Part shown: piece by piece, positions 23,379 to 41,185 of the stretch
Position numbering within the stretch: the stretch's first letter is position 1
Layout of the letters: each line of letters begins with the position of its first letter
Assembly: GCF_009914755.1 (NCBI RefSeq)
Contig: NC_060941.1
Strand: one strand, 5' to 3'
Length of the DNA: 64,000 nucleotides
Source: the human T2T-CHM13v2.0 reference genome, Homo sapiens
Made by a program: the position numbers and the translations under genes
The notes under the pieces: model-generated
Told to the model about the DNA's origin: nothing
The model's database searches: none
What the model saw: only the letters and a program-made list of their open reading frames with translations

Positions 23379-23847
23379 CACTGGAACTTACTTATTAAGG
23401 AATTTCCAATAATGTTATACTCTCTGGTTTTTAATATTTATACCATGGAATCTTCTCTCTGAAAAAATGTCTAATATACCAAATCAATTCACTCGATATT
23501 ATCAACAGACCTCCAACTAAAGTTTTCAATTCAATCTCCAAAAAGTTTGTATTTTTCAAATCCAGCCTACAGTAATTCAAGAGTATTTAATTCCCTTTAC
23601 TACAAATAGAAACTTCGGAGGAGGAAAGATAAGCTGGGGCAGGTCATGATGGGCCTTGTTTGGACTGTTAGGAATACAAATAGAAACTTTACTCCTTGAG
23701 CAATAAATAGAGAAACAGCTAGCCTATACTAAAAATTTAGCATACCTTTTACATATAAGTGCAATAAATAAAAATATAAGATACAAAAAGGTTTCTCTTA
23801 AAACCAATCTCTGGAGCTCAGAAAAAAAAAAAAAAAAAAAACATCAA

Positions 23848-24145
23848 GGCTAGATGCAGTGGCTCACACCTGTAATCCCAGCACTTTGGGAGGCTGAGAC
23901 AGGTGGATCACCTGAGGTCTGGAGTTCGAGACCAGCCTGGCCAACATGGTGAAACACTGTCTCTACTAAAACTACAAAAATTAGCCAGGCATGGTGGCGG
24001 GCGCCTGTAGTCCCAGCTACTCGGGAGGCTGAGGCAGGAAATTGCTTGAATCCGGGAGGAAGAGTTTGCAGTGAGCCAAGATTGCACTGCTGCACTCTAG
24101 CCTGGGTGATAGAGTGAGACTCCATCTCAAACAACAACAACAACA
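23848..24145 (+). mobile_element. AluS, ending ~50 nt from the SANT2 exon donor
   Basis: Dimeric Alu with (AAC)n tail. Confidence 0.9.
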
Positions 24146-24194
24146 CTCTAAGTAAAAAACAGTAAGTAAAGAGTCACCACCCCAATATACTCAC

Positions 24195-24334
24195 TTTCTG
24201 TTTATGCTGCTGTAAGAGGTTGTCAAGATTGTGTCGCCTTTTATAGTTAAAATAGAAGTTTTTACATTGAGCTTCACTTTTCGTTCCCACCATTTTAGCA
24301 ATTGCTGCCCAGTTACGACCATGTTCTACTAGAC
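24195..24334 (-). CDS. NCOR1: NCOR1 coding exon, 140 nt, [47 protein letters not shown] (SANT2)
   Basis: gcag acceptor, gtgagt donor; phase 1-0. Confidence 0.96.
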
Positions 24335-25729
24335 CTGCATTTTAAAAACAGACCAAATGTTAATTGAACAGTCACCTGATCAAGCAAACAAGAGAAATAA
24401 TAAATTAACTTAATCACTGTATTCACAACCATTGACACTAGAAGTGTGCTTTCAATTACTTATCATATATACTTTGATACTTATAAAAATACTTATTGAA
24501 ACAAAACTCATTTACAGTTCTATATTTTTCCCCCTCAAATTTAAAACATGCTCATTAACAGAAGGGCTAAACCTTGTCCTTCCTATGTATCTCTCACAGG
24601 GCTAGGACAACATTAGACACATTAGTAATAGCTCAAATACTTGCAAACTAAATGATTAGGTACATCTAGATCTCTGGACACAATATATCAAGCCAATAAG
24701 ATAATCATATATAAATGATAAACACAATTTAAAGACATATATATGACTCCACTTATAATCCATATTTGTCCTCAGTCAATTCACAATCAAGCAATGCCAT
24801 CAGAAAAATACTAGCCAATTTAAAAAAATCCTATGGTAATACAATGCATTACAGAAACCTATGCAATTTAACACTTCTCTAATCAATATATATATGCACA
24901 CACATAAACACACACATACGTGCAAAGAATATGTATCTATGCATTTGTATACATATATAAGGGGTGATACAAAAAAATATGAAATGTGTCACTCAAATGT
25001 CAAGCTATTTACAATAATTTATCTTTACAACTGCAAGGTAAATATTTAACCACCAAAAATTAGCTAATCTTTCTCAATATTACCAATTATTTATCCTATT
25101 AGAAATTTTAGTTCAATTTCAAATTATAGTACATTAACAAGCAACGACAGAAAAGCACAAAGTCCATAAAGTGCCAGAGTAAGAGGAAGGCCACAAAGCT
25201 ATGAAAGTGGCAGAGACAGGACTCAAACCTTCGCTGGCCTGGTTACAAACTTCATGCTCTTTCCTCTGAATCACAGAGCAATCTGCTAGTGGTTTATAAT
25301 TACATGACTTACCAAATGCAAACTGACAAAAGTATTTACCATCCTATCCTATTAAATACAACTTTTAGGTAATAGAAATATAGACTTTATATCAACATTC
25401 ATTCCAGAACAATTTCAATAGCATAGAGTCATAATTATTCTAAAAAAGTGAAAACGACCTACTTGTTCTTTAATTAAATGACATTCAAAATAAAACTGCA
25501 GAGAGAATCTTAAATCCCTTAAAACTGGGCATCTTAAACAAGGCACACTGGGGGTACTTTATTGGGTACCATACTACCAGAAAAGAACTCTTAAAGTCAC
25601 TTCTGAGTCCTCTTTGCCTTTTTGAAAGAATTTTTTTTCCAATTAAAACAATTAGTTCCATCTCACTCATTACTAATAACCCTAAAAAACAAAACAAAAA
25701 CCTGAGAAACCAGAACTACTACAATTTAC

Positions 25730-25792
25730 CTTTTTTAGCAACTTCCATTTCTTCTTCTGTCCATCGAGAGGTCTCCACAGGCTCTGTAGAAA
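25730..25792 (-). CDS. NCOR1: NCOR1 coding exon, 63 nt, ISTEPVETSRWTEEEMEVAKK (start of SANT2)
   Basis: ttag acceptor, gtaaat donor; phase 1-1. Confidence 0.95.
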
Positions 25793-27358
25793 CTAAAATA
25801 AAGAGAGAACCCAATCAGGCAGAGAAAAACAAAGTTAAATCCTTTATTCAAACCAATCATATAATTATATCTCTTTATCTGACATAAAAGACTATGTAAA
25901 AGCATTTGGTGAAAGAAACTGCAGAAATAGGATAGTAACCTCTCCTCCACCAAACTAGAAGAAACAAGTCAACACTTCAATATTATGATCTTTTTCAGTG
26001 TTGTTAAAAGTTCTCTTCATGTCTACATTTTTAAACATTTTGTTTTTTTCTGGAGAAGTCCTACCTCACCCAGTAGCTTCCCACTTAGTGATCTCCACCT
26101 CTCCTCTCCTGCAGTGTCAAAGGAAGAAGCAACCCTCCTCCTTCCTGTCCAAGCACAATTCCCTCTCCTCTCCTCTGAGCCTCCATCTTGTCCTAAAACT
26201 CCTGGAGCCCCTTTAGTTCATCCCCGAGTGTCTGACATCCAGTGGGTAAAGATGGATCATGAACTGAATATGTTCTCTTTTGCTTCAGGAAAAAAACAAA
26301 ACAAAACAAAACAAAACCTGAGAACATCAGGCCTGATATGAGCTCCTGCCATATTCCCTTTCTCAATTTATAGTACCAGCATTCACCCAGTCACTCAAGT
26401 TACCAATAGGCTCCTTAGACTGATAGACTAATTTTTGAATCTTGCCTCCCATTTACCACTCACATCCAATGACATGCATCAACTCTGAATCCATCCCCTC
26501 CTTGCTTGGGCCACTGCATACATGCTGGGCCCTCTGCCTCCAGCCTTTATTCTGTCTAAACTGACCTCCACAATTGCTATCAGTTAACTTCCAAAGACAC
26601 AAATCTAATCACAGCATTCCTCTATTTAAAAACCTCTGCAAGTTCCCCACTTCATAATCAAAGCAAAATACATTTCAAACAAGGCCCATCATGACCTGCC
26701 CCAACCTATCTTTCCTCCTCCTATCTAGTTAGTGCCCCTATCTCATTCTTGCCATTCCCTAAACTGCATTTTCTTTCATACTTCAGTAACAATGATACCT
26801 CTGAATCATTAACAGTGGTACTCTATCATTAATCTAGCCTTTTTATAAACTAATGAGACAATACTTAATGAGAGAGAGAAAGATGCTTTGACTATTAGAT
26901 CCAGTATTCCCTTGCCTAAGAATTTATTCCATGACAAATAATTTAACATAAAATACTATGTGAATAAAGATTTTTTTATTACAGTGCTATATACATTGGT
27001 TTAAAAGCAGGGAAGAGGGCAGACAACCTAATCATTCAGCAATAAGAGAATGGTTAAAGAAGTCATGCCTCAATATTACACAGCCATTAAAAAATAAAAA
27101 TGGTAATTATTAGAAATTAGAAAATATTTATGGCACACTAGCATAACAACTAAATAAAAAACAGCTATATTGGGGTGGCAAGACTGGGTGATGTTCTTTT
27201 TCAAAAAACTTTGACATTAAAGTTTAAAAAATTTAAAGACCACACTTCAGGATTATTTCTAGGTTGTCAATATTAAAAGTCCTTTCTACCCTATCCTAGC
27301 AGTGAAACAGAATCCCGAACAAAATTATGGCCTGTTTATGCCAATTGTTTCCACTCAC

Positions 27359-27576
27359 TGGGTTCTGGTGGCGGTGGCAGAGGTGGTGGGGGCTCTTCAG
27401 TAGCCGCTGCGGCTGCAGCACTGGCAGCTGCAGCTTCGTTTGTCATGGACCTGGTGATCCGGCCCTTACGGCGGCCCTGACTGTTGGCAGTCTTTCGCCC
27501 CCGGGGTGTGGCTTGCTCTCTTTCCTCAGTTTCTTCTGCTGTACCATCTATCTTGTCCTTTTCCTTGGTATTTTCT
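27359..27576 (-). CDS. NCOR1: NCOR1 coding exon, 218 nt, ENTKEKDKIDG...AAAASAAAAAATEEPPPPLPPPPEP
   Basis: ccag acceptor, gtgagt donor; lies in ORF 27336..27623; phase 2-1. Confidence 0.96.
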
Positions 27577-28129
27577 CTGGACACAAAAGCAAATGAAAAC
27601 TTGTGTGATTCCAAAGTATACATACATCGAAGAAGGTTTTAGTTTTGAATATTATCTAAATAGAAATTGAATAAAACTACCTAATCTCTCACTCAAAAAA
27701 AAAAAATTATCAACAATTCTGCCATACCATAGTTTTTAAAAGTTTTGACCAGCTAAAATTAAGATATTTTATAAGACCTATTTTACATACTAATGGACTT
27801 AAAATTTAAACACATTTCAAACCAACTGATTTAGAAACCAGAACTACTCCATGAGAAAGTAACAAATGACAGCAGAAAAGCCCTAGACCTGCAATCCAGA
27901 GACAACAGCCTACACCAAAAGGCAGGAATTCTGGGGTTTTATTTGCCTTTAGTCTAGGTTGCCTCATGTATGAAATGAAGAAGCTAAAATAGATGATCTT
28001 CATGATAGATGCCTTTTCTATAGTAATAATCCACAATATTGTTTTACAGTAATAATCTACAATATTGTTTTATAAAATCAGACTCAATACTCTAAATCAT
28101 GTCTGATACTAATTATGTACAAATTGGGC

Positions 28130-28370
28130 AGTAATGGTTAATACTTAGGAAACGGCCTCTGGAGCCAGGCTGCCTGGGTTTGTACCACAGTTGTGATTTA
28201 CTAGCCATGTGATGACCCTGGACAAGCTGCCTCACCCCCATGGGCCTCAGTTTCCTCATCTGTACAATGAGAAAAAGTTTATTTCATGGGACTGTTGCCA
28301 GGACTGAAGGAGTTAAATAAAGTACCCAGAACAGTGCCTGGAACACAGTCAGCATCAAGTAACAGTTTGC
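28130..28370 (+). mobile_element. MIR
   Basis: ctctggagccaggctgcctgggttt...gcctcagtttcctcatctgtacaatg...cagtgcctggaacacag. Confidence 0.8.
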
Positions 28371-28959
28371 TATTATTCAAGCTAAAACTCCCTCAGGATA
28401 TAAAGTGCTTACCATCGTCTCAGGCATGTAGAAACATGGTGGTTCCTATTAATAGCAACAGTACTACATGTAATACTGGAAGACCATTTTCTGTACTACT
28501 TACCTCCCATGGTTGTTATATTTAAGGAAACGTACTCAATGTACATTTTTGCAAATGAATGGATAGATGGCAATACTCAAAGACTCAATTATTCTTGCTT
28601 AATGGAAGATGCTGATTTTTTTCAAAAATAATTCTCTCCCCTTCAGTCCTAAATTGAAGTACAACATAGTCCTTTCCCTTTACTTACTTATTCCCTTATA
28701 AAGCTGGCTTCTATTCTGAAGCCTCCTGTTAAAAGATGTTTTCTCAAAAGTCACCAATGACTTGCAAACTGCAAAATCAAATGACCTCTTCTCAATTTTC
28801 CCCGCAAGTCTTTCTGTTACAACTGACGCTGCAGTTAATTCTTCTTTTTATATCACTTGAAACTCAGCTTTTGAAATATCCCTGCTGCTACTCTGGCTTT
28901 CCTTCAAGGGACAGACCTTTCTCCTCTCATCCTTTCTTTTGGGTTTCTGTTTTTTGTCT

Positions 28960-29229
28960 TTGAGAAAGTGTCTCACTCCGTCACCCAGGCTGAAGAGCAG
29001 TGGCGCGAACACAGCTCACTGCAGCCTCAATCTCTTGGGCTCAAGTGAGCCTCCCACCTCAGCTTCTCGAGTAGCTGGGACTACAGACACGTGCCAGCAT
29101 ACCTGGTTAATTTTTGTATTTTTTGCAGAGACAGGGTGTCACCATGTTGCCCAGGGTAGTCATGAATTCCTGTGCTAAAGCAATTCTCCCACCTTGGCTG
29201 GGATTACAGGAATGAGCCACTGTGCTGGG
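28960..29229 (-). mobile_element. AluJ-like, within L2-like sequence
   Basis: Alu motifs. Confidence 0.8.
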
Positions 29230-30539
29230 TTCCTCTCATCCCTTTCATACGGGGATTTCCCAAGGCTCTCCCCTAGAGCCTTAGAGCTATGTAAGGTTAC
29301 CCATTCTCATAAGTTCTACCGGGAGGACTCCAATCTCTATCTTTGGACTCACACCCCAACTCCAAAGACTCAGGCTTATCTTCCCAACTACCTGCTGGAA
29401 CGGCCACCTGGATTTTCCATCAATAGAAACTGAACATATCCAAAATCATATTCATCCTCACCTCTGCTCCTTGCTCCACGTCACTCTCTAATCATTTGTT
29501 GTTAACATTCCTACCATGTTCATCATCATTCAGGTTTACAGATTTGATATCATCCTTTGCTGTCTCCCTCTTCCCATACTTCCTACATGTGATCTAATGC
29601 CAAGTTTTGGTTATTTCATCTCAGAAATGCCTCTCTCACTAATTTTACCATCTCTATTTCTACTACCACTACACTTACTCAACACCTTAGTACCCCAATC
29701 CTGGCCTTTCATACTGGCCTCCCTGATTCATATCTCTAGTCTATTCATTTTATCTTGCCAATGAATCAACATTCTAGCAGGATAGCTTTGGCAATAAACC
29801 ACTCCATCCATTCTAATCCCTTTCTAACTATTCCCAGACAGACACACAGCACAGCCTCCTGAATGAAGTCTACCATTTTTGGCTTTCATTAAAGCTCTAC
29901 ATAATTTAATTCCAATCCACCTTCCACTTCTCTTCTTGATGCACACTATGTTAAGTCTAATGAAATCATTATCTTCCACTAGCTATTCATGTGATTCCCT
30001 CTACCCTACCCACATTAACCACTAGCATCTGCTAATGTCCTCCAAATTATCCACAGAGAAGTAGCCTCGACCTCTTCTTAATCTGCCAAAGCACTTAACT
30101 GGTCGTCTGTTGACTTCTTACTGCCAGGCTTTTATTTCTTAAAGTAATACTTGTACTTTACCTACTTTTCCCCTACTAAATCATGAACTACCTGGGAATA
30201 GTATACATCTTACGTATTTTCACATTCTCCCTAAGACCTAGCTCACATAGATAATAAATAAAAGCTTGTTAAATAGTTTAGAAATTTTAACAAAAAAATA
30301 AAATCAAGTTATGACAGAGTTCCATGTGAGAAGAACCACTGGCTACATGGCCCAAAAAATGTTTAACCCAAACTAAAAGAAAAAAATATATTCCCTTAGA
30401 GGTATCTTCCTCAGGTATAAAATTACAATGAGAAGAATATCTGTCTCTTTTAAAACATGGCAAGTGACTAGCTACTTTAGCTTCCACAAAACTAGGTAAA
30501 TCTTAAACAGTTCCACAAGGACTATAGATATAACATAAT

Positions 30540-30865
30540 AAATATTAAAAAGGAACAAACTACTGATACATTCAACAACCTAAGTGAATCTCAAAGGCAT
30601 TCATGCTAAGTAAAAGAAGCCATACATACTGTATGATTTCAATTTTTATGTAATTCTAGAGAAAGCAAAAAAGATACATGACGGCCAGAGGCTGGAAATG
30701 AGGAAAGAGAAACTGACTGCAAAGGAGCATATGGGAACCGTTTGGGGTGATGGAAACATTCTACATCACAATTGTGATAATAGTTACACAAGTGCATATG
30801 CTTGTCAAAACACATCAATGTACACATTTCAAACTGGTGAATTTTGTTCCATGTAATTTACAAAG
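30540..30865 (+). mobile_element. L1MC/ME 3' fragment
   Basis: gaatctcaaaggcatt...catactgtatgatttc...ggggtgatggaaacattctacatc. Confidence 0.65.
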
Positions 30866-31388
30866 CTAGTTCTTGGGGAAAAAAACAACCAAACCAACTG
30901 TCATGCCCCCACTCCTACCACACCCCTGTATGTCCACAAAAGCATCAACAATAACTCCCTGAGTGGCAGAATCATAGGTTAATTTTCACTATATTTTTCT
31001 TTTCCTGTTTTTCTATAATGTAATTTTATAACTAAGAAAACAGCAGTAACAACAAACAAACCCAAAACTCCATTTTATATGACGAAGTCAATAAAGCTGG
31101 AATCTAAAATATAAAAATGAACTCTTCCTGTCTTAGCATTTTTATACTAATATATACTACCTGAGGCTCAAAAACAGAACCTGAGGAATCTTCCAAATCA
31201 AAAATTAAATTACATTCAATATATCCTGGAGGAAAGTATATATTACTATAACCCATCCCTTCTGAAAAGTAATAATAACTCATGACTTGCAAATAAGTTC
31301 ATTAAGTCAAAAATTACATTTACTGTAATATTCTATTCCTTAATCACATCAACTTAATCATGTAACTATTAGATGTTTCTAAAATTTC

Positions 31389-32352
<964 letters not shown>

Positions 32353-32388
32353 CATTTAACTTATTATATAACTAATTATTTAACTCAC

Positions 32389-32513
32389 TTGGAGTCTTCT
32401 TTTTCATCTTTTTCCTCTTCATCTTTCTTTTCTTCTTCTTTTTTTTCTGTTTTTTCTGCTTTATCCTCTTCTTTTTCTTCTACTTTTTCTTCTTGCGAGG
32501 GTCGAGCAATTTG
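32389..32513 (-). CDS. NCOR1: NCOR1 coding exon, 125 nt (128 nt with the upstream TAG), QIARPSQEEKVEEKEEDK...EKEDS(K)
   Basis: TAGCAG tandem acceptor, gtgagt donor; E/K-rich; phase 0-2. Confidence 0.95.
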
Positions 32514-33183
32514 CTGCTAGAATGAACCATCATTTGTAAAATTCAAAGGCAAACAGAAATAGCTCCTTATAGTGTGATAAATTATGTCTATCTAAAAAAA
32601 TTTTAAATGATTGTTAGTCATTTACAATGTAACTGGTGATCGTGTGTTAAAAACCAGTCTAGAGGTTTTTAATGTATTCTATATGTACTGCTTGAAGGGT
32701 CCTACACGCAGACACAAATGCTCATAGCATTTGGACCCACGAGAAAGTGAAAATGTTAAGATTCTACTCGGAAATCTGGGGTTGGTTCCCTTTTTTGGCA
32801 ACCTCCACATTTAATCTGTCACTCAAGCATTCCAATTCTACCTTAAAATTTGATAACCCATACATAATTTATCATGTTTTAGATACTTAATATGTTTCCA
32901 ATTTTTTCATCACTATCTATAATGCTATAAGAAACATCTTCATGCATTTATACTTTTGAGCGAAAGTCTACTTAATGGAATATGTAAACAGCTATGGTCG
33001 TTACTAAGACTGAAGTAATTTGGAAAAATACTAAAGCTATAATAAGGTGAAAAGAAGTAAAATGCTTAAATATTTCTAAGCTAAGCAGTCACACTAGGAA
33101 TCCTTTTATCTCTGATGTCTCATTTGCAAAACCTGTGACTCTAAAAGAAAAAAGTGAAACTAAGTGTGCAATGAATGCTACTA

Positions 33184-34161
33184 CAGTAGCCCCCACCATA
33201 TCAGGAGTTTCTCTTTCTGTGGTTTCAGTTACCTGGAGTCAACTGCAGTATGAAAATGGGTAAGTGTAGTAGCGTACAGTATGATATTTGAAAAAAGACC
33301 ACACTCATGTAACTTCTATTACAGTATATTGCTATAACTCTATTTTATTATTTGTTACTGTTAATTCCTTACTGTGCCTAATATACAAATCAAAGTTTAT
33401 CATAGGTGTGTGTGTGTATATGTATATATCTGTATGTATATATACATGTATGTATATATCTGTATGTATATATACATGTATGTATATATCTGTATGTATA
33501 TATACATGTATGTATATATCTGTATGTATATATACATGTATGCATATATGTATGTATATATGTGTGTGTATATATGTATGTATATATACGTGTATATATG
33601 TATGTATGTATATATACATGTATGTATATATGTATGTATATATACATGTATGTATATATGTATGTATATATACATGTATGTGTATATGTATGTATATATA
33701 CATGTGTATATGTGTATGTATATATACATGTGTATATGTGTATGTATATATGTGTATATGTATATATACGTGTATGTGTATATATACACGTGTGTATATG
33801 TGCATGTATATACATATGTGTATATACACACGTGTATATATCTGCATGTATATATACACATGTGTATATATGTATGTATATATACATATGTGTATATATG
33901 TATGTATACATACATATGTGTATGTGTATATATACATATATGTATATATGTGTATGTGTATATATACATATATGTATATATGTGTATGTGTATATATACA
34001 TATATGTATATATGTGTGTGTATATATACATATATGTGTATATATGTGTGGAGATATATATATATATATCTCATAGTATATTAGGGTTCGGTACTATCTG
34101 TGGTTTCAAGCATCCACTGGGAGTGTTGGAACATATCCCCTGTGAATAAGGGGGAACTGCT
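33184..34161 (+). mobile_element. MER44A-like (Tigger7-derived) MITE split by a microsatellite expansion
   Basis: cagtagcccccaccatatc...tttatcatagg [repeat] catagtatattagggttcggtactatc...gaataagggggaactg; terminal inverted repeats are visible. Confidence 0.8.
33406..34069. repeat. ~660-bp complex (TA/TG/CA)n microsatellite with four perfect 30-bp units at 33421-33540
   Basis: Unit tgtatatatctgtatgtatatatacatgta occurs four times, then decays; stop-free in all six frames. Confidence 0.97.
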
Positions 34162-34176
34162 TTATTTTGCTTTTAA

Positions 34177-34323
<147 letters not shown>

Positions 34324-36964
34324 TGATTCTCCCACCTCAGTCTCCCGAATGCTGGGATTACATGCACGAGCCATTGTGACTGGCCTGCATTTTTATTTAA
34401 TTCAGAAATCAAAACTGTATAACCAAATTAAAACAGAACTCCAACACATCTTTCCAGCACAGCAGGCTGGCCCTTGCACACCTCCCTCCAATCACCATCC
34501 TGCCACATCATCTTCGCTGTTCTGGACTCACCTAAACATGCCCAGCACTTGCATAGCTTTCTACCCTTCCCTTTCCTGATAAAGTCCCACATAGTCTCTA
34601 CAATTCAGGTCAAAATGCTACATCTCCTGTGAAGCCTCTCTTGATTTCCACAGAGGAACTCTGGGGCCATGTCCTTCCCTCTCCACCACAGACCACACCT
34701 GCTTGTAGCACTGTCACTAGGTGGCTTAGTGCCTGCTTATCAGCATCCATCTGGCTCTCTGTGTTATCATCTCATCAAGAACAAGAATCCAATCTTACTT
34801 CTCTAAGCATCCCCAGCTCCCAGGAGAGTGTCTGGACCATGATGATAGGTGTATGCATATGTTGGATAAAACAAAAATCAAATTCCTTTATTCCAGTTAT
34901 CTGAAAAGTTTTTACCCTCCAATCTCGACTGTTCATTCTGATCCAGGCTAATGTCAATCTTGCCTCATAGCAACTCTACCTGTCCTCTTACTTGTTTTTA
35001 CCAGACAATATGGAAGTAACTAATTAATTTTAAGAAAAATTTCCCTTCTTAATAGCGCTCCAAAGTCTTTTACCTATTCATCAAAACCAACACTTAGCTT
35101 TTTCCTTAAGATAATGAAGGCCTTATTCACCTCCCCAAAAGAAGTCCCATCCACATTATGCCTCCTTCTAATCCAAGGGGCAAGGAAAGAAGAAAATGAA
35201 TCCTTCTTGGTCCACTTCCAGAACATTGCTGAACTGTGATATTTTAAAAATAATTCCTTTTTCACGCTTCATAAAATCTCCCTAGATCAACATTCTCTTT
35301 TGGTGTTATGGAATGACTTCTTAAATATTCCCTAGAACATATAAGTGATTGCATCACATGGCTCATTATGCCTTGACATTATTTTTCAGATTTCAAAATG
35401 CATGTCAATGGCTTTTCTAACACTCGCCACTCAATCAACATAACATCTCACAGTTAAAATACTTTTAGGTCATGGCCATTAAACTCCCCACATGCAAAAT
35501 CACAATTGCCTCCTCATTAGCAGTGGGCACTGCTTTGCCTCCTAGATCCTAAAATCAGAAAGTCTTCTCTCCAACTACAACCACCCATCGCACACCTTCA
35601 TTGTGTCTGATCCTGCTTTGTCCTCATTGTGACCTTTGAACCCTTATTCTATCAAATTTTCACAGTCCAGTGAGAACTGTACCTACTATTCTACTTGCTA
35701 AAGCATTTCAATACCATGATTCCTTCACTTGCTTTATCTGACCTTCCTAACTTCTCACCCTGGCTAACTGCCAGTTCCTCTTTCTTCTGGATATTTATTG
35801 CTAGAGAAAACTGATAAACTAGGGAGATTTTAAAATTTAAACTTTCAAACCATGAGTAGGTCTGCTTTATAATTGGGCAAGTTTTACTCAGCTCTGACTC
35901 CCTGGGACACTACAGTGGTCACAAGACCTGTTTAAATGCTAATAACCTAACCCTGTAACCAATGTAGCATCCATGTGTCACTCTGAACCAGTAAGATGGC
36001 ATAGTAAGGACAAATCATGCCCTTTGCCTAGCAAGTGAGCTGTGTAACCCAGAAAACGGTTTATGGCCTAAAGATACGACGGGGACATGTCAACTCAGCA
36101 GAACGTAAGGAAAGAAATTCAGTATCCCCTTAGAGTTGGGTAACACATGCTAATCTTATTTCCCCAATACTTTTCTGCTTCTAATGCCAATCAGAGCTTC
36201 AAAGTAATCCCACGCATTCCCTGCTGTCTAAAATCCAACCAACAGATAACTTCACTCCCCTTTCCCTGGTGCTAGGGAATAAGAAACAACTGCAGCACCT
36301 GCTTAAACCAATCAGTGTAAAGAAGGAAACAGCTCCTGGCTCTGCATAGTGTGGAAATGATCCAAAGAAATGGACAGAGTTGCTGCATTAGAGTCTAGAG
36401 AAGTGTTTGGTACCTGTCCAGCAGAACCTCTCACCCCTCTGTATACTGACCAGGCAGTGGTGAGCGGAGAGGAAGTGCAGTCAGCAGCAACTGGAGGACC
36501 TCACCTTTGTGCAATATGCATAAAGACCTATCATAACAACTGCCACTGACATTCAAGAGAGTAAGGAATTACCTCTAATTTAAACAAGAGATGCTTGGAA
36601 CTACTTTTGTTTCAGGCAAATCTGTAAAGAGAAGTGCCAGTCAATCCACATGGTCTAGGATGAAGGTTACAAGTTACATCCCTCAACTCCACAGGGTGGC
36701 TGGAGCAAAAGAGGTCCACCCCTTCAAAAGAAACCCTTCTAAAAGTTCCCTACACAGACACAAATATTCGCAATGGCTCGTTGTCCAGGTTTTTCCTTTT
36801 CTCCCCTTCTTTAAACTCAATACTTGAGAGCCAATAAAACAAGTTTAATTCTGTCAGGGAGTTAATATAACATGAAACATTTCTGTCAAATAACAAGCTA
36901 TTCACTATGAATGAATATTCTAGAACACATATAAAACAAAATGAAAATTCAAAGAAAAAAGTAA

Positions 36965-39575
<2,611 letters not shown>

Positions 39576-41185
39576 ACACACTATACATTTATCTGCTGAA
39601 TAAAAATTACTTCCTACAAAAAGGAGGCTGGGAGTAGAGGATAGGGAGAGTAATCAAACTCATATTGACAGGATCAAGCATAAACTTCAGCAGAACTTTA
39701 AAGAATCTTTAAGTAAACATGCCATAATGGCTGTGAGATCACCTGAGCTAAACCCTCCTGACTAGAGCTTGGTTACATAGCAGAGAAGTAAAGTGATTTT
39801 CAAATTAGTTGGATCTCTGTATCCACCAGGGTAAAATCAAGGGAGTTGATACATAGATTTTGAAAATCTTAACCTTGCAATTCAATTCTGTTTTTAAAAA
39901 GAAGTATTCTAACCTTTTTTCTATATAGCAAATTCTATATCTTTAACCCAGATCTTTTTCCTACACTCCAGACTTATATGTCTAACTATCCACTTTACTT
40001 GGACCTCATTTGGATCTCTGCTTAGACACCTAATAGGTATTTCATATTCAGCCATGTCCTGATTTTCCCCTCAAAACCTGCTCCTCCTTCAGTCATGCCT
40101 GTCACAGCAAATGGCAACTCCACAGGTCAAAACTTGTTTTCCTTGATTATTGTCCTTTCCTCATCCCCACAATCAATCCATCAGCAAAATCTCGTGGTTT
40201 TACCTTCAAAAGTACATCCAGAAACTAATCCGTTCTCCCCGCCTCCTCACTGTAGCCTAGTCCAAGTCAATGGGATTATTAAAACAACCTCCTAACTGGT
40301 TTCTCTGCTTCTTCTCTTGTCTCCTTACAAACTATTCTCAACAGAGCAACCAGAGTAATCATGTCACAACTGAAATCTGGCAGCCCTCTTTTGCTCAAAA
40401 CCCCAGTGGCTTCTTCTCTCACCTGGTATCAGCTCAAAAGGCCTTCAGTTTTACACAGAGAGCCCTTAAACTAACACCACCTAATTTCTGAAAAGCTGCC
40501 CCTCTATTTTGACACAAATAAATGGAATAAGTATACAAACAATTAAGAAACAATGGTAAATCTGGTGGCATGAGATGATGGTCTAAATTCATTTAACTCA
40601 CACCTCTCCCAAATTCCCCGTGAAACAACCAGAGAAATGTAAAATTGGAGGAAAAATCTTCAAAGCAATAACTTAAAAGCTAATGAGGGCAGAGCTAGCC
40701 TACCAGAAGTGCTGACCAACCCAAAACTGAGCCTACCTGGGGGTAAGCAACCTAAGGCTCAGGTCAAGGTGAGGGTATACATGGCAATTCTCACATCTGC
40801 AAATACATTCTGAGACAGGTACTTTGAAACATGCAACAAGAATGTACAGAAGAGAACACCAACATGGCTGGATCTTAACAAGGATCGGTGTGCCACAGAG
40901 AGGAGTGAAACTGTGTCCCAGACAACTTTAGGAAAGAAACGACTGTTTCAGAATAACAAACATCCGTGCCCCATAGAACTTCCTGCTAGAGCTCTCTCCT
41001 CTATCATCATGGGCAACTGGCTGCTAATCTGGCAAAGGTTAAGGTACACTGTATAAGTATCACCTTATCTCTTACGTTAATGTAGGACTGAACATTTTAA
41101 ACAGTAACATATATAATTTCTAAAGATAAAGTTATAAATACTATTTGGCAATTAGGAACAAAACTGTTAGAAATTTGCAGCTGAG

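Noticed and set aside
33421-33540. CRISPR-like 30-bp repeats
   Set aside because: Head-to-tail with no spacers, eukaryotic intron, no cas genes
33288-34149. Six long ORFs of 200-260 aa (Y/I/H/T or C/M/V/Y-rich)
   Set aside because: Translation of the alternating microsatellite, which cannot form stop codons
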